Origin: Geosiphon pyriformis uo1
Taxonomy: Eukaryota > Fungi > Glomeromycota
Direction: 5' to 3'
DNA length: 9,806 nt
Assembly: GCA_016748015.1 (NCBI GenBank)
Contig: JAAOMT010000290.1
Span: 2,927 to 12,732, forward strand
The position numbers and the translations under genes are program-made. Numbering within the stretch: position 1 is the stretch's first letter; every line of letters starts with the position of its first letter. The notes beneath the pieces were generated by a model. That model ran no database searches and was not told the origin of the DNA. It worked only from the letters and a program-made list of their open reading frames with translations. This document shows, piece after piece, positions 1 to 9,206 of the stretch.

Positions 1-16
1 TTTTTTTTTTTTTTTT

Positions 17-659
17 TGTTAATTCAGAGTGGTTGATTGCTAGTTCATCTATATTATAATTATTATTAGTTAGATTAAAAACATAAAAAGAGTTTTTTCT
101 GGTTGGCTTGCATTCTCACTCTTTAAAAATGCACCTATCAATTTAAAGACTAATAAATAGTGGCTTTAACTAAAAAAACTTTTCCAAAGAAAATTGATGT
201 TAGCATAATTGGATTTTTAATTGAAAACATTATTATTAATAGTTCTGTTGTTTTTATTGTTATTGTTTCTAAAAACTGGAGGAGACAATGGAGAATTGTT
301 GTCTAGTTAATTCATATTAATAGCATATAAATGGGCCATAATTTTGCTGTCTTTGATATAATAGTTGTTGAGACTGATTAAAATGTAATTCAAATTTGAG
401 TTTTTGTGATTAGTGATTGTCTCTGACTGCTTGGGCTAATAGTTTTAATAATTAATATTATAAGTAATTATTTAGAGTCTCAAAACAAATAACAAAACCC
501 ATAATTTAGTGCTTAATTAATAAGATAAGTATTGGTTTTTGAAGATTTTGGGTTGGAGTTTTTTGTATAATAAACAGAGATTTAATAGTGTTTCAGTAGT
601 CTTTTAGAATCACAATTTCATTAAATTTTTTTCTTAGTGTGGTGGCTGGTAATTTGACA
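17..659 (-). repeat. Candidate 3' LTR (about 640 bp)
   Basis: Lies downstream of all coding remnants and is bounded by short imperfect inverted termini (plus strand TGTTAA at 17-22 and TTGACA at 654-659, i.e. TG...CA). Only weak purine-rich stretches precede it on the minus strand (about 665-725). No second LTR copy is in the window to confirm it. Confidence 0.3.
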
Positions 660-1100
660 GAGATGTCTTTTTAGTAAGTTATCCTTAAATTATTAAACTT
701 TCTACCCTTTCTTTGGGTCTTTTACCAGGCTTATTCTTGACATCAATAACTCAGCACTTAATCTTTAATTAAATTAGTCAACAACAAAAAAGAATGAAAA
801 TAAAAGAAAAGAAGAATACAAAAAAATAAAAAAAATAAACCAAAACAATTAATGTTAGTATCTCATTAATAGTCATAATCAAGAGCTATTATTACAGTGT
901 AATTAAGTATTGATTACTATCAATATAAAAAGTTAATAGTGGAAAATAGGTTTAAGATATTAAATAATTATTTATTGATATTTGTGATGTGGAAGATTGC
1001 TTAGATTAAATCTAAATTAAGAGGTTTGTTTTTTCTACTTTTAATGCTACTGTTATATATACATAATCAAAATTCCTTAATTCCTCAATTTTTCACATCA

Positions 1101-1215
1101 GAAATTCTGCAATTTTTTTGAAAAGAATCCTGGAATTCTGGAATTCTGGAATTTCTCATATAAAAACTCTGAAATTTCTGGAATTCTGCAATTCCTTTAA
1201 GACAAATTCTGAAAT
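1101..1215. repeat. Cluster of GAATTCTG-like octamers in the 3' untranslated region
   Basis: Tandem gaatcctg-gaattctg-gaattctg-gaatt at 1125-1153, with related copies at about 1101, 1171-1194 and 1204-1215. Confidence 0.7.
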
Positions 1216-1341
1216 TTTACATTTATTATGTTTACTTTAGATTGGCTAATTTATATACTAATATACTTCCTATATTCTATAAATAACATTATTCTTTCTT
1301 TTTAATATTGAGTTTTGTCAAGATCTCCTAATTCTAATTTT

Positions 1342-1950
1342 CTATTTTTGAGTATTTTTTGAACTTTTTTTGAGAATTACTTGTGCTATTTTGTTTTGTA
1401 ATTTTTCAAATTGGGCATTGGTTATTTTTTCTATTTGGTTAATGATAATAGTATTCTATGTTGGATTGAATAAGATTTCTAGTCAGTCTTGAAATCCAAC
1501 TTGTAATTGATAGATGGCTTGTGTTTATGTGGTTAGATTATTTTTTTCATAAATTGTTTAAGTTGTTGTAATATTTCTGGATCGAATAATTGCTTTGTCT
1601 TATCCATATACAAATTTTGGATATTCAAATATTGTTCCAAGTGGAAATAACAAAAGTCTCTTGGAAATTGTTGTATTTACCAATTTCAAGTTTCTTTGGT
1701 CAATTCTTGATATGGAATAATACTTGTTGGCTCTTTTATTGTCAATTTTATTTTTAAAATTATTTTGTTGACAGTGTTCTCTGGTTTCTTTGTACTTTGT
1801 ATTGAAGTATTTTCTTAATATCTCTGTATTGAATGGTTTGTTGATTGATAGTAATTTCTATATTTCGTTGTTGAATTAGTTGGAAGAGTTGTTGTGCTAG
1901 TGTGTATCATCAGTAATTTTCATTTTTTTTTCTGGTATTTTTTGTTACAT
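1342..1950 (-). pseudogene. Degraded accessory ORF of about 200 codons downstream of integrase, function unknown
   Basis: One frame with ATGs at 1950 and 1923 and a stop-free run of 85 codons at 1857-1603 (KLLSINKPFNTEILRKYF...RLLLFPLGTIFEYPKFVYG). Protein-like sequence continues through scattered stops (TQAIYQLQVGFQD*LEILF...QFEKLQNKIAQ). Confidence 0.55.
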
Positions 1951-1981
1951 ATATCATGTTTTTATATATTTTTTTTATTGT

Positions 1982-3381
1982 TTAATTTGACGTGTTTGGT
2001 TCAATAATTATGATTGGTTCCAAATTTTATGGAATTTTATCTGGTTGGATTAGTATTCACTATACTCTCAGTTGTAAAATATTATTGGTAGATAATGATA
2101 CTGTATAATGATATGGTTTTAGTTGATTACCATATGCTGCTTTGACTAAGATTTTGTTGTCCCATCTTAATTTATAAGCTTTATTTTCTAGAATATTTTC
2201 TATGTGAAATGGTCTATTCTATTTGGAGTTGAATTTTCTACTCCATTGTTTTTCTACTTTGGTACAATATAAAAGTACTTTGTTTCCAATTTTGAATTCA
2301 ACTGGTTTATTTAATAGTTAGTTATTATGTCTTTCTTTTTGTTTTTTTTGTAATTTCTGGATGTTTTCAGCTGCTTTTTGCCATTTGTTTTCTAGTGTTT
2401 CTATTAGATCATATGTTTTTCTCAACAATGTTTTTTTTGAAAATTGTCTTCTGCTATTAGTTCAGTTGGATATGTGCTGACTTTTATTTTTACTAGTAAT
2501 ATTGCTGTTTTACTATATACTAATTCAAATGATGTTGCTTGTGTAGTGTCTTGCTTTATTGTCTAATAAGCAAATAATACTGATGGTATAAACAAATTCT
2601 ATTTGTCTTGATATTTTTGGCTGATTTTGGTAATTGCTTTACACAATGTTCTATTGAATCTTTCGACCAAGCCATTGGTTTGGAAATGATATAATAATAA
2701 TAATAGTCTTTTGATTCCAAATTTTTGACTTAATTCTGCTAATGTTCTATTTACAAAATAAGTTTCTTGGTCAGATAGTAATTTTTTTGGACATCCATGT
2801 TGACAAATCAAATCTTGATGAACGAATTTGACAACAAATTCTGCATCTGCTCTTTGAATGGCTTTTGCTTCTAGCCATTTTGTAAGATAGTTCATGGCTA
2901 CTGCAATGTATCTGTTACCTCTGCTAATAATTATTAGTGATCTGACTAAGTCAATTCCAATGTAATCAAATGGTTGTCTCACTTTAATTGTTTTTAATAG
3001 TTTACTGGGTCTTGTTTCTTCTCTTTTTTGACAAGCATCACAATTTTGAACATATTAAATAATATCTGAATACATAGATGACCAATAGTATTTTTTTCTG
3101 ATTTTTTTCATGGTTGCTTATTTGTTAAAATGTTCTGCTGTTGGATCAGAATGTATGTTGAATAATATTGTTTCTTTCTTTGGTTCTGTAATTACTTTGG
3201 TTGGTTGATTTAGATTTTTTTTGTTTTTCTGATAAAATATATCTTGATAAGTAATAAAATATTTGGATTGTTGTTTGATATGGCTTTGTTCTTTTGGAAA
3301 TAATTTCTCCTTGAACTGCTGAGTATTAATATAGTGTTGGAGTTGTTAATATTTTTGAGTTAAAATGTTTTTAGATTTGTC
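1982..3381 (-). pseudogene. Retrotransposon integrase (HHCC zinc finger, DDE core, GPY/F tail)
   Basis: HSDPTAEH (3153-3130) and CDAC (3042-3031) form the HHCC motif. ORF 2599-2982 is the catalytic core (IGIDLV, LLSDQETYF, QTNGLVERFNRTL). KFNSK*NRPF at about 2235-2207 is a decayed GPF module. Contains stops and a homopolymer frameshift near 2430. Confidence 0.95.
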
Positions 3382-3550
3382 TCATTCATGATAAGCCATT
3401 GGCATTTCTGTTTTTTTTTTCTTTTTTGTAATATACTGTATAATTAAATGGTAAAAGTTCTATTTTCTATCTAACATGACAATTATCTTCAAATTTTTGC
3501 TTTTGGATTAAAATTAATCTTTTATGATCAGTGTATATATCAAACTTTTG
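3371..3550 (-). pseudogene. RNase H, C-terminal half
   Basis: QKFDIYTDHKRL...R*KIELLPFNYTVYYKKEKKNRNANGLS* matches the Ty3/Gypsy RNase H motifs F-x-(I/V)-x-TDH (TDH at 3532-3524), RW and NxxAD(A/G)LSR. Confidence 0.9.
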
Positions 3551-4333
3551 ATTCAAGTATTCTTTCCATTTTATGACTGCTGTTACAAGAATGTTTTCTT
3601 GGTATATTTTAATTGTTAATTTTCTGTTTTAATTGCAATCAGTCTTTCGTGAATTTCTTGATTTTATGTGTTGAATATTAATAATAATGTACTGAAGATT
3701 TTCTCTTAATATTGTGATGTAAGTTTTCACTTTAATTCTAGTTGTCTTTATATGTTGTGTACTCCTTTCCAAAGGCTAATTTGAAATTTATCTACTGTTT
3801 GGGGTCTTCTCTAAGGCTATTCTTGCAATTGTCTAATGTGTTTTTCTAATCTAGAAATACAGAATGTTAATGGCTTTTTCGCGATTTCCCTAAGTATATA
3901 ATAAAGCTTTTTTTTCAATTTAATTAGTAACCACGGAAATAATTTTGATCAGAGATTATTTTTCCAAAGGGTTCAAAGATAAAATAATAGTTTTATTTAC
4001 TAAAGAAAGTATGTGAATTCTATTGTTAATCTCATAATTGTGATGTTCATTCAATTTATTATTATTTTTTTTAATTCTTTTTAAATAAGATTTTATTTAG
4101 ATATTTGTTGTTTCTAGTTGAAGCTTGTTTTTTCTTTATCATTAAAAACTATTGTATATATATATAATTATTGTTTTACAAAATAACGTTTTGTAATACT
4201 CTATTTCCATTATTATTTTTAAATAGTGCTTGTTGCTTTTGCACAATAGTGCTTGCTGTTATTTGTAAATCATTTCTTTTTATAAATTATTACTGTGCTA
4301 TTTTATGATTGGCTAATTTATATTATTTATAAT
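3551..4333 (-). other. Unidentified in-frame insert of about 261 codons inside RNase H
   Basis: 783 bp between ...AVLQFKNLIG (ends 4334) and QKFDIYTDH (starts 3550), both in the same frame. The translation has multiple stops and no motif I recognise. Confidence 0.7.
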
Positions 4334-4945
4334 TCCTATTAAATTCTTGAACTGTAACACTGCCTAATAGATTGCTAAGTGTTTTAGTGTTGGAGTTTTA
4401 TAGTTTTTTTCAGCTGAACTTAAGTTTCTGCTGGCATAAGCTACTGGATATTCTAGTCTATTCAGTCTTTTATGAANNNNNNNNNNNNNNNNNNNNAATC
4501 TCATAATTGTGATGTTCATTCAATTTATTATTATTTTTTTTAATTTTTTTTAAATAAGATTTTATTTAGATATTTGTTGCTTCTAGTTGAAGCTTGTTTT
4601 TTCTTTATCATTAAAAACTATTGTATATATATATAATTATTGTTTTACAAAATAACGTTTTGTAATACTCTATTTCCATTATTATTTTTAAATAGTGCTT
4701 GTTGCTTTTGCACAATAGTGCTTGCTGTTATTTGTAAATCATTTCTTTTTATAAATTATTACTGTGCTATTTTATGATTGGCTAATTTATATTATTTATA
4801 ATTCCTATTAAATTCTTGAACTGTAACACTGCCTAATAGATTGCTAAGTGTTTTAGTGTTGGAGTTTTATAGTTTTTTTCAGCTGAACTTAAGTTTCTGC
4901 TGGCATAAGCTACTGGATATTCTAGTTTATTCAGTCTTTTATGAA
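4028..4945. repeat. 449-bp direct duplication flanking a 20-N scaffold gap (probable unmerged contig overlap)
   Basis: 4028-4476 matches 4497-4945, with Ns at 4477-4496. I found three differences, all C/T (4077/4546, 4111/4580, 4458/4927). Confidence 0.93.
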
Positions 4946-4994
4946 ATAATACTATTTCTAATGCTTGACCCAACACATCAATTGTAATTATGAA
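4803..4994 (-). pseudogene. RNase H, N-terminal half (partly repeated at 4334-4476)
   Basis: FIITIDVLGQALEIVL...YPVAYASRNLSSAEKNYKTPTLKHLAIY*AVLQFK matches the TDAS..GLGAVL, PVAYASR.L..AE.NY and ELLAIVWAV motifs. Confidence 0.93.
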
Positions 4995-5963
4995 TGATTT
5001 ACTATAATCTGAATAGATTAGTACTAGAGCTTGAATAAGCTTTCTTCTTAATATATCAAAAGCTTCTTGCTGGTTTTCAGTCTATTTATATTTGGTGTTT
5101 TTTGTTTGGAACTAGTATAATGGCTGAGCCAGTTTGAAAAAGTCTTTAATAAAACATTGATAGTAATCTGCAAATCCCAAGAATGCTTATAATTCAGTTA
5201 AGTTGGTGAATACTGGAAAGTTTTTAACTATCTTGATTTTGTCTGGATCTGTTTTGATACCATCTTTGCTCATGACATGTCCCAAAAACTTGAGTTCAGT
5301 TTTTCTAAAGAAATATTTAGTTGCATTCAATTTTAATTTGAGTTGTCTTAATTTTTTAAATACTTGTTAGAGATGGTGTAAATAATCATCAAATGTTTTG
5401 GAGAACACATTGGTATCATTTAAGTATATGACTACTGATTTCTATAATATTTTAGTATAGACAATTTTTATAAGTCATTGAAATATTGCTGAAGCATTCA
5501 TTAAGCCAAAAGGCATAACTTCAAATTCGAATTTTTTTTTTTGGGTTGTAAAAGCTGTTTTCTCCTTATCTTCTAGTTTTATGGCTACTTTCCAGTAATT
5601 ACTGTCTAAGTCTAAAGTTGAAAACCATTTTTTTTCTCCAAAAGTGTCAAAAAGTTCTTGGATCTTTGGAATTGGGTAGCTATCTCTTTTTGTTACTCTA
5701 TTAAGTTTTTGATAATCTACACAGAAGTGGATTTTCCCATTTTTCTTACAGATTAGTATTATTGGTAATAATCATAGACTTATTAATGGTTAAATTAATC
5801 TATTGTTTAATATCCAGTTGATTTCTTGTTAGATAATTTTATGGCTTGCTGGCAGTACTTGGTATACTCTTTACTTAATTGATATTGCATTTCTAGCTTT
5901 GATTTAATATTAAATTATATCAGTTCTGCTAAATTGATTTTCACTAACAAAGATGTCATTGAA
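4995..5963 (-). pseudogene. Reverse transcriptase plus connection region
   Basis: KKNGKIHFCVDYQKLN (about 5750-5700), WFSTLDLDSNYW (about 5627-5592), VMPFGLMNASAIFQ* (MPFGL at 5516-5502), catalytic YLDD mutated to YLND (5426-5415), KFLGHV and EL*AFLGFADYY. Confidence 0.97.
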
Positions 5964-6158
5964 GTTGTTGAGTAATAATTTTAGCTGCATACATTATAAG
6001 AAGTCCAAATTTCTCAAGTTCATCTGTTTTAACTGTTCTGATTGGAACAGATAATATTCTTCTTGTCCATATATTGTTTGTGATGTGATATCCACATATT
6101 CACACAGTTGTGAAAAATCTGAAACAGAGTTTGGTGATTGCTTTTCAACTTCGATACT

Positions 6159-6400
6159 TAAATATCCAATAGTAGTTCTTTTTGATATCTTAAAAACATC
6201 TTTTGTTGTATTGTAGATAAGAATTTTAATATGTTTTAGGCTTTTATCTAGTATGTAAAAATTTGTGAGTCCAATTTTTCCTGATTCACTTATAGTATTT
6301 TCTGCTTCAAAAATTTAAGCTTGATCTTTTACTCCTCTTTTTATGGCTAATATATACTGGTTATATAGTGGAATAGAAATTGATTAACAGATGGAGATAA
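6159..6400 (-). pseudogene. Possible second, non-catalytic dUTPase-like domain
   Basis: In frame with pol. SISIPLY and HIKILIYNTTKDVFKISKRTTIGYL parallel TIKLKPH and NIIAMLQNNSEKAYIIEPNKKIS of the adjacent dUTPase, but no catalytic motifs are recognisable. Confidence 0.4.
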
Positions 6401-6455
6401 TTTTTTCTTTGTTAACAATTTTTTTTTCTGCCATATTAATTGATACATCTATTCT

Positions 6456-6872
6456 ATCTGTGAATCCTAATCTCTGTATTTTTCTAGCTGTAATCCCTAA
6501 TTCTTTTTTTCTCACTGACATTAATTGAACTATTTTAATTAGAGGCAGGAATATTGTCTATGATATTTTTTTATTTGGTTCTATGATATAGGCTTTTTCT
6601 GAATTATTCTGTAGCATTGCAATAATATTTCCTATATATTTTGCATCAATTATTCCTCCTCTGATGTTAATTTTTTTTTTTGCTAAGCTACTTCTGAATG
6701 CTAACTGAATTATTGTTGTTGCTAGAATTTTCAGTGCTATTTTTAGATTAATGCAGATGTATAAATGTGGTTTCAATTTGATGGTTTTTTTTTCTGGGTA
6801 TTTTAGATTAAACTCTAAATTAGTATCATGTGTGTATTCTAGCAAGATATCTTTATTATTATTGCTAAACAA
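6456..6872 (-). pseudogene. dut: Trimeric-type dUTPase domain of the polyprotein
   Basis: All five motifs in order, decayed: TNLEFNL (I, AGxDL), AFRSSLA (II), GGIIDAKYIGNI (III), KKIS* (IV, KIAQ with a probable CAG>TAG at 6560-6558) and RKIQRLGFTD at 6485-6456 (V, RGxxGFGSTG). Same frame as the RT. Confidence 0.92.
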
Positions 6873-7974
6873 CTTCAGTTCTTGCTTTTTGGTAAGATTA
6901 AGGAGTATAATATATTGTTTTATGTTTGAATTTGAGCTTAAATTGTTATTATTGTTATTATCAATTTAAACAAAACAGGAATTGTTATTATTATTGTCAT
7001 TATTGTCAGAGTTTGAATCAGGATTAAACATTGATTCTGATTCTGATGTGCAGTTGTTGATTGGTTCATGTTTTTCTAAAATTATGTAGATTATGCACAG
7101 TGATGGATTGTAAACAATGTTATAATCATCACAATATTCAAAGTCATTGGGAATTAGGCAATCTCTGTACAGTCTAATATTTAGTTGTTCTAACAGCTGT
7201 TTTTGCTTTTTTTGGGTAGGTGCTAAATTCTGGTAATGTTCATAAAACTCTTCTGGACTGGTTTCAATGTTGAAAAAAGTGTCTAGGTTAGGAATAAAGA
7301 AAGTTTTGACTAGTTCTGGTGGGTTATTTTTAATCTCCAATATTTTATTAGGCAAAATGCCTTTAACTTTAGAACTTGCCATTCTCCAAATTTTGTTTTC
7401 ATTATGTGGGTAGCCATCTAAACATGTCAAAGCACAGTTCTATGTAGTGTTAAAAGGTGTTTTATAACTAATCTAGTTGCTAATGAAGATTGTGTATTAA
7501 CACATTCTTCCTTAACCAGAAATGTTGTTCTATATTTTTTTGTTAAGTAACTGTTTCTCACAAGCAAGACATGGTTTGTTGTTCCAGTTGTCTTGTCATG
7601 TTGGGTAGTTATATCGTTTTTTGTGGTATGACTTGTAGTAATAGTAGATTTGCATTCAGTAATCTTTATTGAGTGCTATCCAAGCTCCTATAAAAGAAAG
7701 TTTTTTGCCACAATCTTAATATTTGAGGAGGATATATGGTAGTTCTTTAATAGATTTATGTAAGTATGATTTTTTTCAGCCATTTATTATCTCCTTAGTG
7801 GCTGTGGTTTCTTTGGGTTCGTTTTCTTCTTTTCCTTTTTTTTATCATTTCAAGTTAGAATTGGTGGTAGCTTATTATGATTATTGTTGGTCCAGAAAAT
7901 TTGGTAAGCTTTCCAGGTGGGGGGTTTTTTTTTTTTTGAATGTAATTAGTAGTAATACAATAGTTGGCTTGAAG
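6873..7974 (-). pseudogene. Protease-dUTPase spacer with Cys-rich motifs and an N/D/S low-complexity tract
   Basis: Includes ORF 6966-7430, which is in the pol frame. Motifs Y*DCGKKL, PCLACEKQL and YRDCLIPNDFEYCDDY. Ends in NPDSNSDNNDNNNNNS. Confidence 0.65.
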
Positions 7975-8340
7975 TGTTCACAAATTGCTGGTATTTATGT
8001 ATGATGACTGTTCTAACTAAGCTGGAGCTCTTGTATTGTCTAGTTAAGTACAGTGTTGGTTTTGATTAGCCAGTCATTACCAACAAAAGCTTGATACTGG
8101 ATGGTTTTTATTACTAAGACTTTAATTAGTACAGTAATACCATTAACTTCAATAGTAAAGTTATTGATTTCATCTATAGAAGTTTTGGTTACTCCATTAG
8201 CTGTAATGATTCTGGCACTGGTAATGTCACCAACTTGGCAATCTAATTGGTCCATGAGTTGTCATGTGATAATGCTGCCTACTAATTTGCTATTAAGAAT
8301 CAGTTTCTTTGACATTCATGTACATTACAGTAATGGGCTT
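7975..8340 (-). pseudogene. Retropepsin-type aspartic protease
   Basis: LILNSKLVGSII (NSK at 8294-8286 is a decayed DSG), flap-like IITANG and C-terminal AFVGNDWL (the ILGxDWL motif). Includes ORF 8040-8255. Confidence 0.88.
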
Positions 8341-9206
8341 TACATTAAAGATGGCTCTGCTAAAAAGGTATTTTGGTTGGTTTCTCAATCTCAAAAGAAA
8401 AAATTGCTGCTAACAACTTATTGTTGGTGAGTGGTTTCTTGTTTGTTTCTACATTGTTGAGCGAGATGTCTTCTGCGGTAACCAGAAAACTTAAATAATT
8501 TTGAAAATTCAAATTTTGGACATATCTAATATCCGAATTTCTTAAACATGATTCTAAGAATTATTGAGATGTGTTAGGGATTGGTTAATAAACAACCATT
8601 GCTGATTTTCAGTTTTGTTAAATAATTCTCAGCCTTTGATTTTCATTGGGCACAGTCATTTGTGGCAGTGTTTAAATGGCTTAAGATTGATAAATTAGTT
8701 ATAGTTGCAGTAGTTAATATATTATGGATGTTACTGATTAATAAATTGAAGGTAAGTATAATTGTTGTGTTATTGGTGCTTGATATATTGGCTAAGTCAC
8801 TTGAATATAATGTGGTAGATGTTGGTAATATTTTTGTGATTAATTACTAAAATAATTCTGAGTTTGGAGTTAGCAATCAGAGTTTTAATATTGAATATTC
8901 GATTATTGATTACTTAACTATTTATAATATTTAAATTACAGATATCCTTGTTTATTACAATAATAGTATACATGTGTTTCTTGTTGTCATTGTTGATTGG
9001 TAGAAAATAATAAACATGATTGATTTTGGAGATTATTAAAGTTTTCTTGATTATTTTGCCATTATAGGGTTTGATAGATGGTTTAATTGTTATTATTGTT
9101 AGTTAAGTATTTTTTTAATTTTTGGTTGATTGTGTTGTTGAATTGTTTTAGTTTAGAATTCAAGTCAGATGATCAGTTTATTACTAGATTTATGGTTTGG
9201 GCATGG
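8341..9206 (-). pseudogene. C-terminal part of gag with a decayed CCHC zinc knuckle, truncated by the telomere
   Basis: 8968-8927 reads Y-YY-C-NKQG-Y-L*FK-Y, the exact C-X2-C-X4-H-X4-C spacing if TAC/TAT derive from TGC, CAT and TGT by single transitions. It is preceded by a helical-looking segment (SSDLNSKLKQFNNTINQKLKKYL) and followed by N/S/T-rich sequence. Confidence 0.75.

Larger units (their letters stand above)
17..9206 (-). mobile_element. Degenerate, 5'-truncated Ty3/Gypsy (Metaviridae-type) LTR retrotransposon carrying a dUTPase
   Basis: Manual minus-strand translation gives recognisable gag knuckle, PR, dUTPase, RT, RNase H and IN motifs in Ty3/Gypsy order (IN after RNase H), with many in-frame stops. 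The left boundary is tentative; the right boundary is the telomeric array. Confidence 0.95.

Noticed and set aside
781-850. A-rich tract as a poly(A) tail or separate element
   Set aside because: Interrupted low-complexity sequence on the antisense strand of the element's 3' region, with no TSD or associated ORF.
1982-2110. Chromodomain at the integrase C-terminus
   Set aside because: The tail after the GPF module is short and lacks the (Y/F)-x-V-E-x-I and Y-L-V-K-W-x-G patterns.
2599-2982. Integrase ORF as a functional stand-alone gene
   Set aside because: It is a fragment between mutational stops. The zinc finger and C-terminus lie outside it, and conserved G/P residues are mutated.
6751-6969. 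Plus-strand 72-aa ORF
   Set aside because: Antisense shadow of the dUTPase and N-rich spacer. The Leu runs mirror AAT/AAC codons on the coding strand.
7723-8004. Plus-strand 93-aa hydrophobic ORF
   Set aside because: Antisense to the pol spacer. Its Phe-rich character comes from A-runs on the minus strand.
3386-8255. Alternative genetic code or stop read-through explaining the in-frame stops
   Set aside because: All three stop types occur at positions expected to be Q, R or W, alongside missense transitions in catalytic residues. This fits mutational decay.
8101-8430. Plus-strand 109-aa ORF resembling a membrane protein
   Set aside because: Lies exactly opposite the protease remnant and has no independent motif.
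8662-8850. Plus-strand 62-aa Val/Leu/Ile-rich ORF
   Set aside because: Antisense of the N/T/S-rich low-complexity part of gag.
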